Shown here: positions 18,473 through 25,342 of the stretch, piece by piece
Layout: each line of letters begins with the position of its first letter
Position numbering within the stretch: position 1 is the first letter of the stretch
Source: a virus
Taxonomy: Duplodnaviria > Caudoviricetes
Strand: one strand, 5' to 3'
IMG/VR virus record: IMGVR_UViG_3300010366_000062
Coordinates: 1-25,342 of that record
Length of the DNA stretch: 25,342 bases
Program-made: the position numbers and the translations under genes
Notes under the pieces: model-generated
Told to the model about the DNA's origin: nothing
Seen by the model: the letters and a program-made list of their open reading frames with translations, nothing else
Databases searched by the model: none

Positions 18473-18754
18473 ATGGTGGCCGTGGAGACGCCGGCCATGG
18501 CTGACCTTGGCATCAATGGCTCAGGCACCACGCGGCAGTCGGCGGAGACGGCCAGCGAGCAGGCAGCCAAGCTCAACAACCGCTACGACATCATCCACCT
18601 GTGCTTTGAGTTCCTGCTGTCAGCGCTCATCCTTGGCGGCAGCTACGCGATCCTGGTCGTATATCGCGACCCGAATGTCGCGAGCGGCGTCGTGGCGATC
18701 AGTACGTTGGTGATCAGCTATTGGTTCGGCAAGGCCAGACCACCGAGCCGATGA
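18473..18754 (+). CDS. Holin-like protein, 2 TM (start ATG 18473 or 18497)
   Basis: Two TM segments ending ISYWFG plus basic tail; GGAG precedes ATG 18497. Confidence 0.65.
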   Translation: MVAVETPAMADLGINGSGTTRQSAETASEQAAKLNNRYDIIHLCFEFLLSALILGGSYAILVVYRDPNVASGVVAISTLVISYWFGKARPPSR

Positions 18755-18772
18755 CCGAGGGAGGCAAGTGAC

Positions 18773-18934
18773 ATGCAGATAACGACGGTAGGTAGCTTGG
18801 CAGTGACAGTTGGTTGGCTGATCGCCATCATCATTTTGATCTTGGCGATTCTGGGCCTGGTGGGCGTGTTGCCGAATACGCCAATCGTGGTCTTCGGCAT
18901 GCTCGGCGGGCTGGCGATCGCGCGGCTTCTTTAG
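18773..18934 (+). CDS. Small 2-TM membrane protein, 53 aa; not in the ORF track
   Basis: GGGAGG RBS; MQITTVGSLAVTVGWLIAIIILILAILGLVGVLPNTPIVVFGMLGGLAIARLL. Confidence 0.75.
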   Translation: MQITTVGSLAVTVGWLIAIIILILAILGLVGVLPNTPIVVFGMLGGLAIARLL

Positions 18935-18940
18935 GCCGTC

Positions 18941-18970
18941 TTACTAGTTACTAGTTACTAGTTACTAGTT
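18941..18970. repeat. Tandem repeat (TTACTAG)x4 + TT
   Basis: ttactag ttactag ttactag ttactag tt, between convergent operons. Confidence 0.95.
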
Positions 18971-19141
18971 CTTATGTCGGCCAAGTGCTTCGTCTATGGC
19001 CGCGACGCACTCAGGGTGATCTCGCCCCGTCACCAGGCACTCATGGATGCGTTGAAGCGCCGCGACCAACTCTCTGATCTGATCGGCGGCAGCGGCAACA
19101 CCCTGCAAGTAGGCTTCTTGTTCTGGGGTTTTGGTGGTCAT
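18965..19141 (-). CDS. Hypothetical protein, 58 aa
   Basis: AGGAG RBS before ATG 19141 (MTTKTPEQEAY...). Confidence 0.6.
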   Translation of the reverse strand: MTTKTPEQEAYLQGVAAAADQIRELVAALQRIHECLVTGRDHPECVAAIDEALGRHKN

Positions 19142-19149
19142 ATCACTCC

Positions 19150-19326
19150 TTATGAGGCCCAAGGGCTTCGAGAGCGATCAAGCGCCTTTGAGGCGATCTC
19201 GTCAGCCCAGCACATGACCTGATGCGAGCAGCGGTGTTTCTGTCGATAGTCCCGCAAATTGATCCGTAGCCGCTCGTTAGTCTGGGTCAACTCGGGCACA
19301 CATTGGCAGTGCTGATGCTCGCTCAA
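19150..19326 (-). CDS. Hypothetical protein, about 58 aa
   Basis: TTG start overlapping the stop of the HNH gene (TTGA); HCQC and CSH motifs. Confidence 0.45.
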   Translation of the reverse strand: MSEHQHCQCVPELTQTNERLRINLRDYRQKHRCSHQVMCWADEIASKALDRSRSPWAS

Positions 19327-19787
19327 TGTTTGCCCATCTTCGCGTGGCACTGTCTGCACAGCCACTCCACCTCCAAGGGTTTCGAGTAGTCAGGATGGTG
19401 GCCTTCAATGGTCACGCCAGTGATGCCACACGTCGAACACTCGTATGATGGCATGATCCGCCCTGAGCGCACGGCACGATTCAGAACGTTATGTGCCCGC
19501 GCCCGCTCAGGATGCGTCTCTCGCCAGTCGCGAATGACTCTCCGCCGATAGCCGGGATTGCGCTCATCGTAGTTATCGCGGGCCGCACGTACCCGGTCAG
19601 GATTGCTGGCACGCCAGGAGTCGTCCTGAGCTTTGCGGCGTGCCGGATCAGCAGTCTTGTACGCCTGAGTCGCTTTCAGGTGGCACGTCTTGCAGTGGCT
19701 ATTCAGCCCGTCAGTAGCGCGCCGGTCTGAGTAGAACTCAGTGGTCGGCTGGGATTCGTGACAGCGACTGCACGTCTTCAATGCCAT
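19323..19787 (-). CDS. Zinc-finger HNH-like endonuclease, 154 aa
   Basis: AAGGAG RBS; KTCSRC...EFY...DGLNSHCKTC N-terminal Zn finger; CSTCG...GHHPDYSKPLEVEWLCRQCH C-terminal motif. Confidence 0.8.
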   Translation of the reverse strand: MALKTCSRCHESQPTTEFYSDRRATDGLNSHCKTCHLKATQAYKTADPARRKAQDDSWRASNPDRVRAARDNYDERNPGYRRRVIRDWRETHPERARAHNVLNRAVRSGRIMPSYECSTCGITGVTIEGHHPDYSKPLEVEWLCRQCHAKMGKH

Positions 19788-19896
19788 GCTCCTTGAGAAG
19801 TGCTTTCAATCGCTCGACCTCGGCGCGGAGTTCGTCGCACTCGCGCACAAGCTTGGCCACGAGCTGCTCGTCGGTAAGCGGTGGGTTGGTAGTCAT
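19738..19896 (-). CDS. Small coiled-coil protein, 52 aa (MTTNPPLTDEQLVAKLVRECDELRAEVERLKALLKEHG...); not in the ORF track
   Basis: AAGGA RBS inside the 27-bp repeat; LRAEVERL heptad typical of small phage early genes. Confidence 0.6.
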   Translation of the reverse strand: MTTNPPLTDEQLVAKLVRECDELRAEVERLKALLKEHGIEDVQSLSRIPADH

Positions 19897-19984
19897 GTTT
19901 GGTCCTTGTAACGGCACTTATTCTGAGGTGTCCTTCCACCTGCCCAGCCATCGGGCTATGTTTGAGCCTTGTAACGGCACTTAT
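19895..19984. repeat. Two 27-bp direct repeats (25/27 identical) separated by a 36-bp unique segment
   Basis: ATGTTTGgtCCTTGTAACGGCACTTAT (19895-19921) and ATGTTTGagCCTTGTAACGGCACTTAT (19958-19984). Confidence 0.9.
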
Positions 19985-20085
19985 AACCACCAAACCAGCA
20001 ATTGAGCAGGCCGTCGCCGAGTACCAGCCGGCGTGCCTCTTCGGGTCCTGCGCGTCGACCACCTCGTACCTGGCGACGTACGGCA

Positions 20086-20706
20086 TCAGCGGCGACGGCT
20101 CTTCGCGCGCTGGCCGAGGCTGTAGGCGACGCACCAATCCTCGAAGCGATCGGCGTCAGGCGGATACTCCTTGCGCCGCATCAGATACGCCTCCAGCACC
20201 TCCAGCTGAATGTCGTGGCTGGCGGCGGGCAGGAATCCGCGCACCCATTGCCAGAGCAGCTCGTGCGGATCACTCGAGCGCGTATCGGGTGTCGACTGCG
20301 GCGCGGCGTCACTCGGCGGCAGCGCGCGACGCTTCGGCTCAGCCAGCCTGGCCATGGCGCGGCGCAGCGACAGGCCGGCGAGTTCGCGGGCGACGGGCTG
20401 CTCACGCAACACCTGGTCAACGTCGGCCTCGGGATCGGCGAGCGCTGGCACCGCAGTCGCCAGTTGCATATACAGCTGCGCGGTGCGGTCCGAAAACGGC
20501 AGGTTGTCGTCACACCACAGCTTCCATTCGCCGTAGCCCTCTTCGTACTCGACCCGCGCCTTGGCCTGTTTCAGCAAGGCGCCGGTGCGAGCTGCGCGAA
20601 TGACGGCTTGCGCCGCGTGTACCTGCGACGCCTCAAACTCGGTATTGATGCGTTGTGCAATGGCGTCTAAATCCGTCGATTTGACTAATGCCCATGCCTC
20701 AGTCAT
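20086..20706 (-). CDS. DUF3102-domain protein, 206 aa
   Basis: G.LL.QAK......GEWKLWC..NLPFSDRTAQLYMQLA signature. Confidence 0.8.
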   Translation of the reverse strand: MTEAWALVKSTDLDAIAQRINTEFEASQVHAAQAVIRAARTGALLKQAKARVEYEEGYGEWKLWCDDNLPFSDRTAQLYMQLATAVPALADPEADVDQVLREQPVARELAGLSLRRAMARLAEPKRRALPPSDAAPQSTPDTRSSDPHELLWQWVRGFLPAASHDIQLEVLEAYLMRRKEYPPDADRFEDWCVAYSLGQRAKSRRR

Positions 20707-20720
20707 GGCCGAAGCCTAGC

Positions 20721-20766
20721 AGTCCCGCAACACTTCCGCAACGGGCGTTGCGGGACTTCCGCAACG
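20721..20766. repeat. Cluster of CCGCAAC direct and inverted repeats
   Basis: AGTCCCGCAAC(20721-31)/GTTGCGGGACT(20747-57) perfect inverted repeat; ACTTCCGCAACG at 20732-43 and 20755-66. Confidence 0.85.
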
Positions 20767-20772
20767 CGGTGG

Positions 20773-21016
20773 TCATTTGCCGGCCTCCAGCCAGGCCAGC
20801 CAGGAGTCCGCGATCTTCAACACGTCACCACTCTTGCAGTCGGGGCGACTGGCGCCGAAGGCCGCGGCGATGCGCAGCACCTCGAGCCTGTCCGTGGAGG
20901 AGCTGGCTGCCCCTGAAGGGACCGAAGTGCGAGCGGTCGTGGCACTCTGAGCCGCTCAGACGCCTCGGCTCGACTCCCGCCCATGCGGGATTGTCGACGG
21001 TTTTCCAGTCACTCAT
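20773..21016 (-). pseudogene. Frameshifted (+1) partial paralog of the 21181-21510 gene
   Basis: The ATG 21016 frame ends at 20825. The +1 frame (20955-20773, no ATG) encodes DRLEVLRIAAAFGASRPDCKSGDVLKIADSWLAWLEAGK, which matches the C-terminus of 21181-21510. Confidence 0.6.
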
Positions 21017-21194
21017 CTTTGTCGACCAGCAACTGGCAGTAGGCGTGCACGGCGACGGCCATGCGCAACGCCTCGTCGAAGCTCAGTGCGTCGGCGTCGT
21101 GCTTGATCGCACGGGCAAGAGTGGCCTGCTTGCGCAGGTAGTCCTCGAGCTCGCCCAGCGGGCGTGCGATCTCCTCGAACTCAGCCGGCGTCAT
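21009..21194 (-). CDS. Hypothetical protein, 61 aa
   Basis: Overlapping-gene coupling in the leftward operon; helical sequence. Confidence 0.6.
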   Translation of the reverse strand: MTPAEFEEIARPLGELEDYLRKQATLARAIKHDADALSFDEALRMAVAVHAYCQLLVDKDE

Positions 21195-21510
21195 GGTTGA
21201 CCCACTCGAGCCACTTGTCGGCGATGCGCAGCACGTCGGCGCTCTTGATGTCGGAGCGGATCGCCGCGAAGTTGGCCGCGGCTTTCAGCACGGCCAGGCG
21301 CGTGATGCGCTCGTCGCGACTCGAAACCGCGGGACTCTCACCATCCAGCACCTGGATCTCTTTGAGAAAGCCCTTGTTGTCGACGTCGGCGCGGACGTGC
21401 GCGCCCACTTCGGGTAACTCCACGGGGTGAAATTTTGAAACGTTGCGCCACTCGCCGTCTATCTTGACGCCGGTGCCGTTGCGCGCCTCGACCACGCCCT
21501 CGATGCTCAT
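21181..21510 (-). CDS. Hypothetical protein, possibly OB-fold ssDNA-binding N-terminus plus helical C-terminus, 109 aa
   Basis: Beta-strand-like N-terminus; C-terminal I.RLAVLKAA...V...A..W..WV helix pair. Function is inferred only. Confidence 0.6.
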   Translation of the reverse strand: MSIEGVVEARNGTGVKIDGEWRNVSKFHPVELPEVGAHVRADVDNKGFLKEIQVLDGESPAVSSRDERITRLAVLKAAANFAAIRSDIKSADVLRIADKWLEWVNHDAG

Positions 21511-21704
21511 GGCTGGATGCCGTCTAGCATCAGCCGCAGCGCGCGCAGGGTGTCCTGCGCCTCGCGATAGGTGGCGATGCGATTGGTCCGTCGCAGTCTG
21601 GTTGCGGCAGCATTGTCACCGCGCGCGCCCTTGAAGCTTTCCACGTACCAGATACGTTGCTGCAGCGCCTCGATGGCCATGTCGAGACTGGTGGCAAGCT
21701 TCAC
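21507..21704 (-). CDS. Hypothetical protein, 65 aa (start GTG 21704)
   Basis: GGAG RBS and GTGA coupling; the upstream part of the tracked ORF overlaps two better genes. Confidence 0.6.
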   Translation of the reverse strand: MKLATSLDMAIEALQQRIWYVESFKGARGDNAAATRLRRTNRIATYREAQDTLRALRLMLDGIQP

Positions 21705-21985
21705 GGTTTTACTCCGATCCCATAGCGCGCGGGGTCGGCTTCGACGCAGCGCCGCCAGCTCGCGCCGCTGAGTGCGTCGACCACCTCGGCGATCGGCTCG
21801 CGCACGGCCAGCACGCCGGCCTCCTGCTGGAAGTACAGCAGCGTCCCGTCGACGCTTTCGGTTCCCTTGCCGCGGGTGATGATGCGCGGTGTGCAGTAGG
21901 CGATGGTGGCGGGATTGACCCAGACCTCGGGCTCCGGATTGTCGTGCCCGAAGGCGAACTGGGTGAAACGCTTGAAGGTGGTCAT
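21701..21985 (-). CDS. FlbD-like small protein, 94 aa
   Basis: VWVNPATIAY...GTLLYF...LAVREPIAEVVDAL resembles the FlbD-type pattern. Confidence 0.55.
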   Translation of the reverse strand: MTTFKRFTQFAFGHDNPEPEVWVNPATIAYCTPRIITRGKGTESVDGTLLYFQQEAGVLAVREPIAEVVDALSGASWRRCVEADPARYGIGVKP

Positions 21986-22269
21986 GGCTGAATGACCCCC
22001 TCGGCGACGGCCTGCTCATAGAGCCGCACCGCGATGATGTGCTTGCACAGCAGCCACGGGCGGTAGTTCTGGTCAGGACAGGTGCAGCCCTCGGCCGAGG
22101 TGCGATAGAAGCGACCTGGCTTGGAGGAAGGGACGCCGTAGGACATGGCGCCGTCGAATGCGCGGAAAAACTTCCAGCGATCGGCCACGACCAGGTCGAT
22201 CGACTTCGCGGCGCGAGCCGTGCCGTCACTCAGGCAGGCCTCGCACTCACAGGTGGTGATGGTGCTCAT
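21982..22269 (-). CDS. SWIM zinc-finger protein, about 95 aa
   Basis: Y.V.S......Y......CTCPD.......CKHIIAV (CxC-xn-CxH); extra N-terminal CECEAC. Confidence 0.8.
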   Translation of the reverse strand: MSTITTCECEACLSDGTARAAKSIDLVVADRWKFFRAFDGAMSYGVPSSKPGRFYRTSAEGCTCPDQNYRPWLLCKHIIAVRLYEQAVAEGVIQP

Positions 22270-22278
22270 CGTGACTTC

Positions 22279-22307
22279 ACTATACTTGATATGCGACATG
22301 CATGCAA
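22279..22307 (-). promoter_or_regulatory. Sigma70-type leftward promoter
   Basis: Minus strand TTGCAT-17 nt-TATAGT, 9 nt upstream of ATG 22269. Confidence 0.65.
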
Positions 22308-22382
22308 CATATCTGCTACACTGTCGGCATGCTGATTCAAGATTGTGACGCCACTCTGGCAGTACACTCGCCTATCGTGACA

Positions 22383-22577
22383 ATGGTGCCGCCCCTGGTC
22401 CATCTGCGCGACCTGCGCCTGCGCCGCGCGCTGACGCAGGTGGATCTGGCCACCCTCTCAGGTGTCTCGCGCGCGACCATCATTCGCCTGGAGGCCGGCG
22501 AGCGCAACGTCCAGCCGCCCACCTTGCGCAAACTCGCCAGGGCACTCCGCGTCAAGGTTGCGGAGTTGATGGCGTGA
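22383..22577 (+). CDS. XRE-family HTH regulator, 64 aa
   Basis: LRDLRLRRALTQVDLATLSGVSRATIIRLEAG...TLRKLARAL. Confidence 0.9.
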   Translation: MVPPLVHLRDLRLRRALTQVDLATLSGVSRATIIRLEAGERNVQPPTLRKLARALRVKVAELMA

Positions 22578-22780
22578 CGCTGGCTGATGCACCGCTCGAG
22601 CCGCGTTTGCGCGGCATCGAAGATCGCCTGCTGGTGATCGAGACGCGTCTCAGTTACCTGGCCACCAAGGCCGAGCTCGCCGACGTCAAAGCCGACGTCT
22701 TGCGCTGGTATGTCACCGGCTGGAGCAGCCTGGTGCTGCTGATTGTCGGCGCCACCGTCGTCAATCACTTCTGGAAGTGA
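22574..22780 (+). CDS. Coiled-coil plus C-terminal TM protein (DUF1640/CCDC90-like), 68 aa
   Basis: RLRGIEDRL..IETRL..LATKAELADVKADVLRW followed by a TM helix. Confidence 0.65.
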   Translation: MTLADAPLEPRLRGIEDRLLVIETRLSYLATKAELADVKADVLRWYVTGWSSLVLLIVGATVVNHFWK

Positions 22781-22784
22781 TGCG

Positions 22785-22883
22785 ATGAGTATTGACTGGG
22801 ACAGCGTGATCATCGGCTTCGGGCTGGGCGTGTTCTGTGGGCCGTGGCTTCACAAAGCCCTGCGCTGGTGGTTGTTCCGATGA
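22785..22883 (+). CDS. 32-aa membrane peptide (MSIDWDSVIIGFGLGVFCGPWLHKALRWWLFR); not in the ORF track
   Basis: Fills the gap exactly and is ATGA-coupled to the integrase start. Confidence 0.55.
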   Translation: MSIDWDSVIIGFGLGVFCGPWLHKALRWWLFR

Positions 22884-24007
22884 GCCGCCGCGGCAATGGC
22901 GAGGGCAGCATCTATTCGCGCGTGCGGCGCCACACGCGCAAGGACGGCATGCTCGTCGAAAAGACCGTCTGGTGCGCCGCGGTGTCGCTCGAGTACGGCG
23001 AGCGCAAGGTCATCTACGGCAGTACGCGCGAGGAGGTCGCATCTGAGCTCGTCCGCCTGCTCGGCGCGCGCCAGTCCGGGCTGCCGGTGCCACGTGGACG
23101 ACTCAAGACCGGCGACTACCTCGAACAATGGCTGGAAGAGACGGTCAAACCGTCACGCAAGCCGCTGACCTACGTCCGTTACGAGAACATCACGCGTCGC
23201 CACCTGATCCCGACGCTGGGCAAAATCCCACTGGCCAAACTCGGGCCTGGCGATGTCCAGCGCATGCAGGCGCGCATTATCAGCAAGGGTCTTTCGCATG
23301 CCAGTGTGCTGGGTGCGCGCAACGTACTCAGCGCCGCACTCAGCCAGGCCGAGCGCTGGCAACTCATCGTGCGCAACCCGGTACCACTGGTTGCCGCGCC
23401 GCGCGGCGAGCCGTCCGAACCGCGCTGTTTGAGCCGCGCCGAAGGCGACGCGTTTCTGGCAGCCGCCCGCGGCGACGAGTACGAGTACCTCTTCGCGACC
23501 ATGCTGGCGACCGGGCTGCGGCCGGGCGAGGCGCGTGGGCTGGCCTGGACCGCGGTGCACCTGGATCGCGGGGTGCTCGAGGTCCGCCAGCAGTCGATCG
23601 ACATGAACCGCGAGCTGGCCGCCCCGAAATCGCGCCATGGACGTCGCTGGGTGCCGCTCATGCCTCTGGCGGCCTGGGCCCTCGAGCAGCAGCGCGCGCG
23701 GCCTGTGCGTGCGCTGAGTGGCCTGTGCTTCGCGGCCGAGGATGGCTTGCCACCGGCGGCACGCACCATCCGCGACCACTTCGACGCGATCTGTCTGAGG
23801 GCCGGCATTGTGGGCGCCACCCCGCACACGCTGCGGCATTCGGCCGGCACCTACCTGCTGGGCGCGGGCGTGCCGGATCGGGTGGTGCAGGACATCCTGG
23901 GCCACGGCTCGGCGGTGATGACACGGCACTACCAGCATGTCACGCCGGACATGCTGACCGAGGCCGGCGCGCGCCTGGCGGCCTACTGGACGGCCACTGC
24001 GCACTGA
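22880..24007 (+). CDS. int: Tyrosine integrase, 375 aa (start ATG 22880)
   Basis: MSRRGNGEGSIY N-terminus; catalytic TGLRPGE (R), PKS (K), HTLRH, LGH and RHYQH (Y). Confidence 0.95.
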   Translation: MSRRGNGEGSIYSRVRRHTRKDGMLVEKTVWCAAVSLEYGERKVIYGSTREEVASELVRLLGARQSGLPVPRGRLKTGDYLEQWLEETVKPSRKPLTYVRYENITRRHLIPTLGKIPLAKLGPGDVQRMQARIISKGLSHASVLGARNVLSAALSQAERWQLIVRNPVPLVAAPRGEPSEPRCLSRAEGDAFLAAARGDEYEYLFATMLATGLRPGEARGLAWTAVHLDRGVLEVRQQSIDMNRELAAPKSRHGRRWVPLMPLAAWALEQQRARPVRALSGLCFAAEDGLPPAARTIRDHFDAICLRAGIVGATPHTLRHSAGTYLLGAGVPDRVVQDILGHGSAVMTRHYQHVTPDMLTEAGARLAAYWTATAH

Positions 24008-24010
24008 GGC

Positions 24011-24197
24011 GTTGCTGTCCGGGTTGCTGCCAGAAGGTCGAAAATGAGTGATTTTGAACTCAGAACGAGGCCGTTCGCATTTCTGTGCCAGTTCTGTTTT
24101 TTGGCCTTGGAAACCCTCATTTTGAGTTCAAAATTGGCTCAGCAAGGGTCCCGAAATGTCCGTGTGTAGCAGCGCGTTGCTACACACTTTGCTACAC
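24011..24197. other. Putative attP region with arm- and core-type repeats
   Basis: AT-rich gap after int. GTTGCTG x2 (24011, 24023); 20-bp imperfect inverted repeat 24051-70/24115-34; GTGTGTAGCA/TGCTACACAC inverted repeat 24162-87; TTGCTACAC x2 (24177, 24189). Confidence 0.65.
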
Positions 24198-24536
24198 CGG
24201 ACGGCTCGGATAGATGTGGATGGTCTGCTGCAGCACCCACAGGTTGACCACCATCGGCGGTTCGAACGCGCCACTGCCGAAGACGGGCACGGGGTTGAGC
24301 AGCTCGCCAGGCAGGACGTGGAAGTGCGCCGCGACCTGGATCAACTGATTCAGCGACGGCTCGTGCGTGTGCTCTTCCCAGCGGGCAATGGTGCCGATGG
24401 GCAGCCCGAGCGCGTCGTTAAGTTGCACCTGGGTCAGGCTGTCGCGCTGGCGCAGACGCTTCAGGTTGGCGGCGAACGTCAGGTTGCGCGAGCCAGCCGA
24501 GCGGCGGCCACGTCGGCGAGTGCTGTCATTGGTCAT
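24192..24536 (-). CDS. XRE-family HTH repressor (CI-like), 114 aa
   Basis: FAANLKRLRQRDSLTQVQL..ALGL...TIARWE...EPSLNQLIQVAAHF; divergent from the RHH/xis genes. Confidence 0.85.
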   Translation of the reverse strand: MTNDSTRRRGRRSAGSRNLTFAANLKRLRQRDSLTQVQLNDALGLPIGTIARWEEHTHEPSLNQLIQVAAHFHVLPGELLNPVPVFGSGAFEPPMVVNLWVLQQTIHIYPSRPV

Positions 24537-24602
24537 GCATGCCCCGGCCTTCCCAGTGTCACAAAACGCCGCTATCGAAACGATATCACGCCGCGCTCAG
24601 GC

Positions 24603-24754
24603 TGGGTCAGACAGGGTCAGGCGAGTCGCCGGAGGGTACCGGGGATTTTACGTGGCGTTTACGTGGCGTTGACGCTGACCGGGACGCGATTTAGCGTTTA
24701 GTTTCAAGGTTTTCCCGAATTCTGGTAGACGGCCTACTAGAATATGCGTTCTAG
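24603..24754. promoter_or_regulatory. Divergent control region with operator-like repeats
   Basis: GGGTCAG x2; TTTACGTGGCG x2 (24647-68) plus TTGACG; overlapping inverted repeats around TAGAAT (24721-24754). Confidence 0.5.
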
Positions 24755-24767
24755 GAGGAAGGGGCAA

Positions 24768-24953
24768 GTGGCACTCCACGACTCGAGCGTCATGCTCACC
24801 CGAAGCGTGACGGCGATGGTCAGCGAGCAGCAGGGACGGCTGCTCGACCAGGTCGCCGAGCAGCGTCAGATCAGCCTGAGCGCCGTGGTGCGCGACGCCA
24901 TCCGCGAGTATCTCAGCCGGGCCGCGCTGCCGCGCGCCAAAGCCGCGCAATGA
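24768..24953 (+). CDS. Ribbon-helix-helix (CopG-like) DNA-binding protein
   Basis: GGAGG RBS before GTG 24768; RSVTAMVSE....LLDQVAEQRQISLSAVVRDAIREYL. Confidence 0.75.
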   Translation: MALHDSSVMLTRSVTAMVSEQQGRLLDQVAEQRQISLSAVVRDAIREYLSRAALPRAKAAQ

Positions 24954-24954
24954 C

Positions 24955-25203
24955 ATGGACTCTCTCAACAGGAACACCAGAGAAACTGCCGAGCTGCTGG
25001 GCGTCAGCGAAGCGACGGTCAAGCGGCTGATCCGCCGCGGCGAGTTGTTGTCGATCAACATCGGGGGTCGCCGGCTGGTGCCCCAGACCGCGATTGACGA
25101 GTACCAGGCCAGCCTGGTCAACGACGCACGCGAAGAGCACGATGCGCACCTCGAGCAGCAGCAGCGCATCAACCAGTTCACCCGCAAGCGGCGGCCGGCA
25201 TGA
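24955..25203 (+). CDS. xis: Excisionase-like HTH (MerR-type/HTH_17) protein, 82 aa
   Basis: TRETAELLGVSEATVKRLIRRGELLSINIGGRRLVPQTAIDEY. Confidence 0.85.
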   Translation: MDSLNRNTRETAELLGVSEATVKRLIRRGELLSINIGGRRLVPQTAIDEYQASLVNDAREEHDAHLEQQQRINQFTRKRRPA

Positions 25204-25342
25204 GCGACGCGTCGCTCAGGGCCTATTTCGTCTGGCTTTCACGCCATCCAAGCGAAGCCGCGGCGGTGCGTGACATGCCGCCTGACGTTGCCAGCCAGTT
25301 GTGGGCCGACGCCTGGCAGGCCGGCGCCTGGGACGCCATCCG
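25200..25342 (+). CDS. Hypothetical protein, 3'-truncated (MSDASLRAYFVWLSRHP...)
   Basis: ATGA coupling with xis; frame is open to the window end. Confidence 0.55.
   Translation, partial: MSDASLRAYFVWLSRHPSEAAAVRDMPPDVASQLWADAWQAGAWDAI

Larger units (their letters stand above)
1..25342. mobile_element. Temperate bacteriophage genome segment
   Basis: Capsid, tail, lysis, integrase, repressor and xis modules; no host genes seen. Confidence 0.95.

Noticed and set aside
19895-19984. Calling a formal CRISPR array
   Set aside because: Only two repeat copies, no cas genes or leader; kept as a repeat and a hypothesis.
21705-22229. Long 240-aa version of ORF 21507-22229
   Set aside because: Overlaps the SWIM and FlbD-like genes in another frame; only the last 65 codons are credible.
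23128-24051. Alternative long ORFs overlapping the integrase on both strands
   Set aside because: GC-rich shadow frames with Arg/Ala/Pro-biased, motif-free translations.
24008-24191. tRNA gene or tRNA fragment at the att site
   Set aside because: No cloverleaf or T-loop GTTCGA..CC/CCA pattern recognised.

Overview
High-GC segment of a temperate tailed phage, probably podovirus-like (no tape-measure or tail-tube gene seen). It appears to be in excised, attP-containing form. Left to right: large putative internal virion/ejection proteins (the first has an ART-PolyVal-like ADP-ribosyltransferase domain), a reverse-strand two-gene moron, scaffold, and a major capsid protein gene split by a 655-nt group I intron (8397-9051) whose LAGLIDADG homing endonuclease ORF runs through the ribozyme core. 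Then come head decoration/tail genes, a tail fibre, and a lysis cassette (amidase plus three small membrane proteins). A 7-bp tandem repeat marks the convergence with a leftward operon of small genes (HNH, DUF3102, SWIM and others). The window ends with an XRE gene, tyrosine integrase, attP-like repeat region, XRE repressor, RHH protein and excisionase. All calls come from manual motif reading; no database searches were run.
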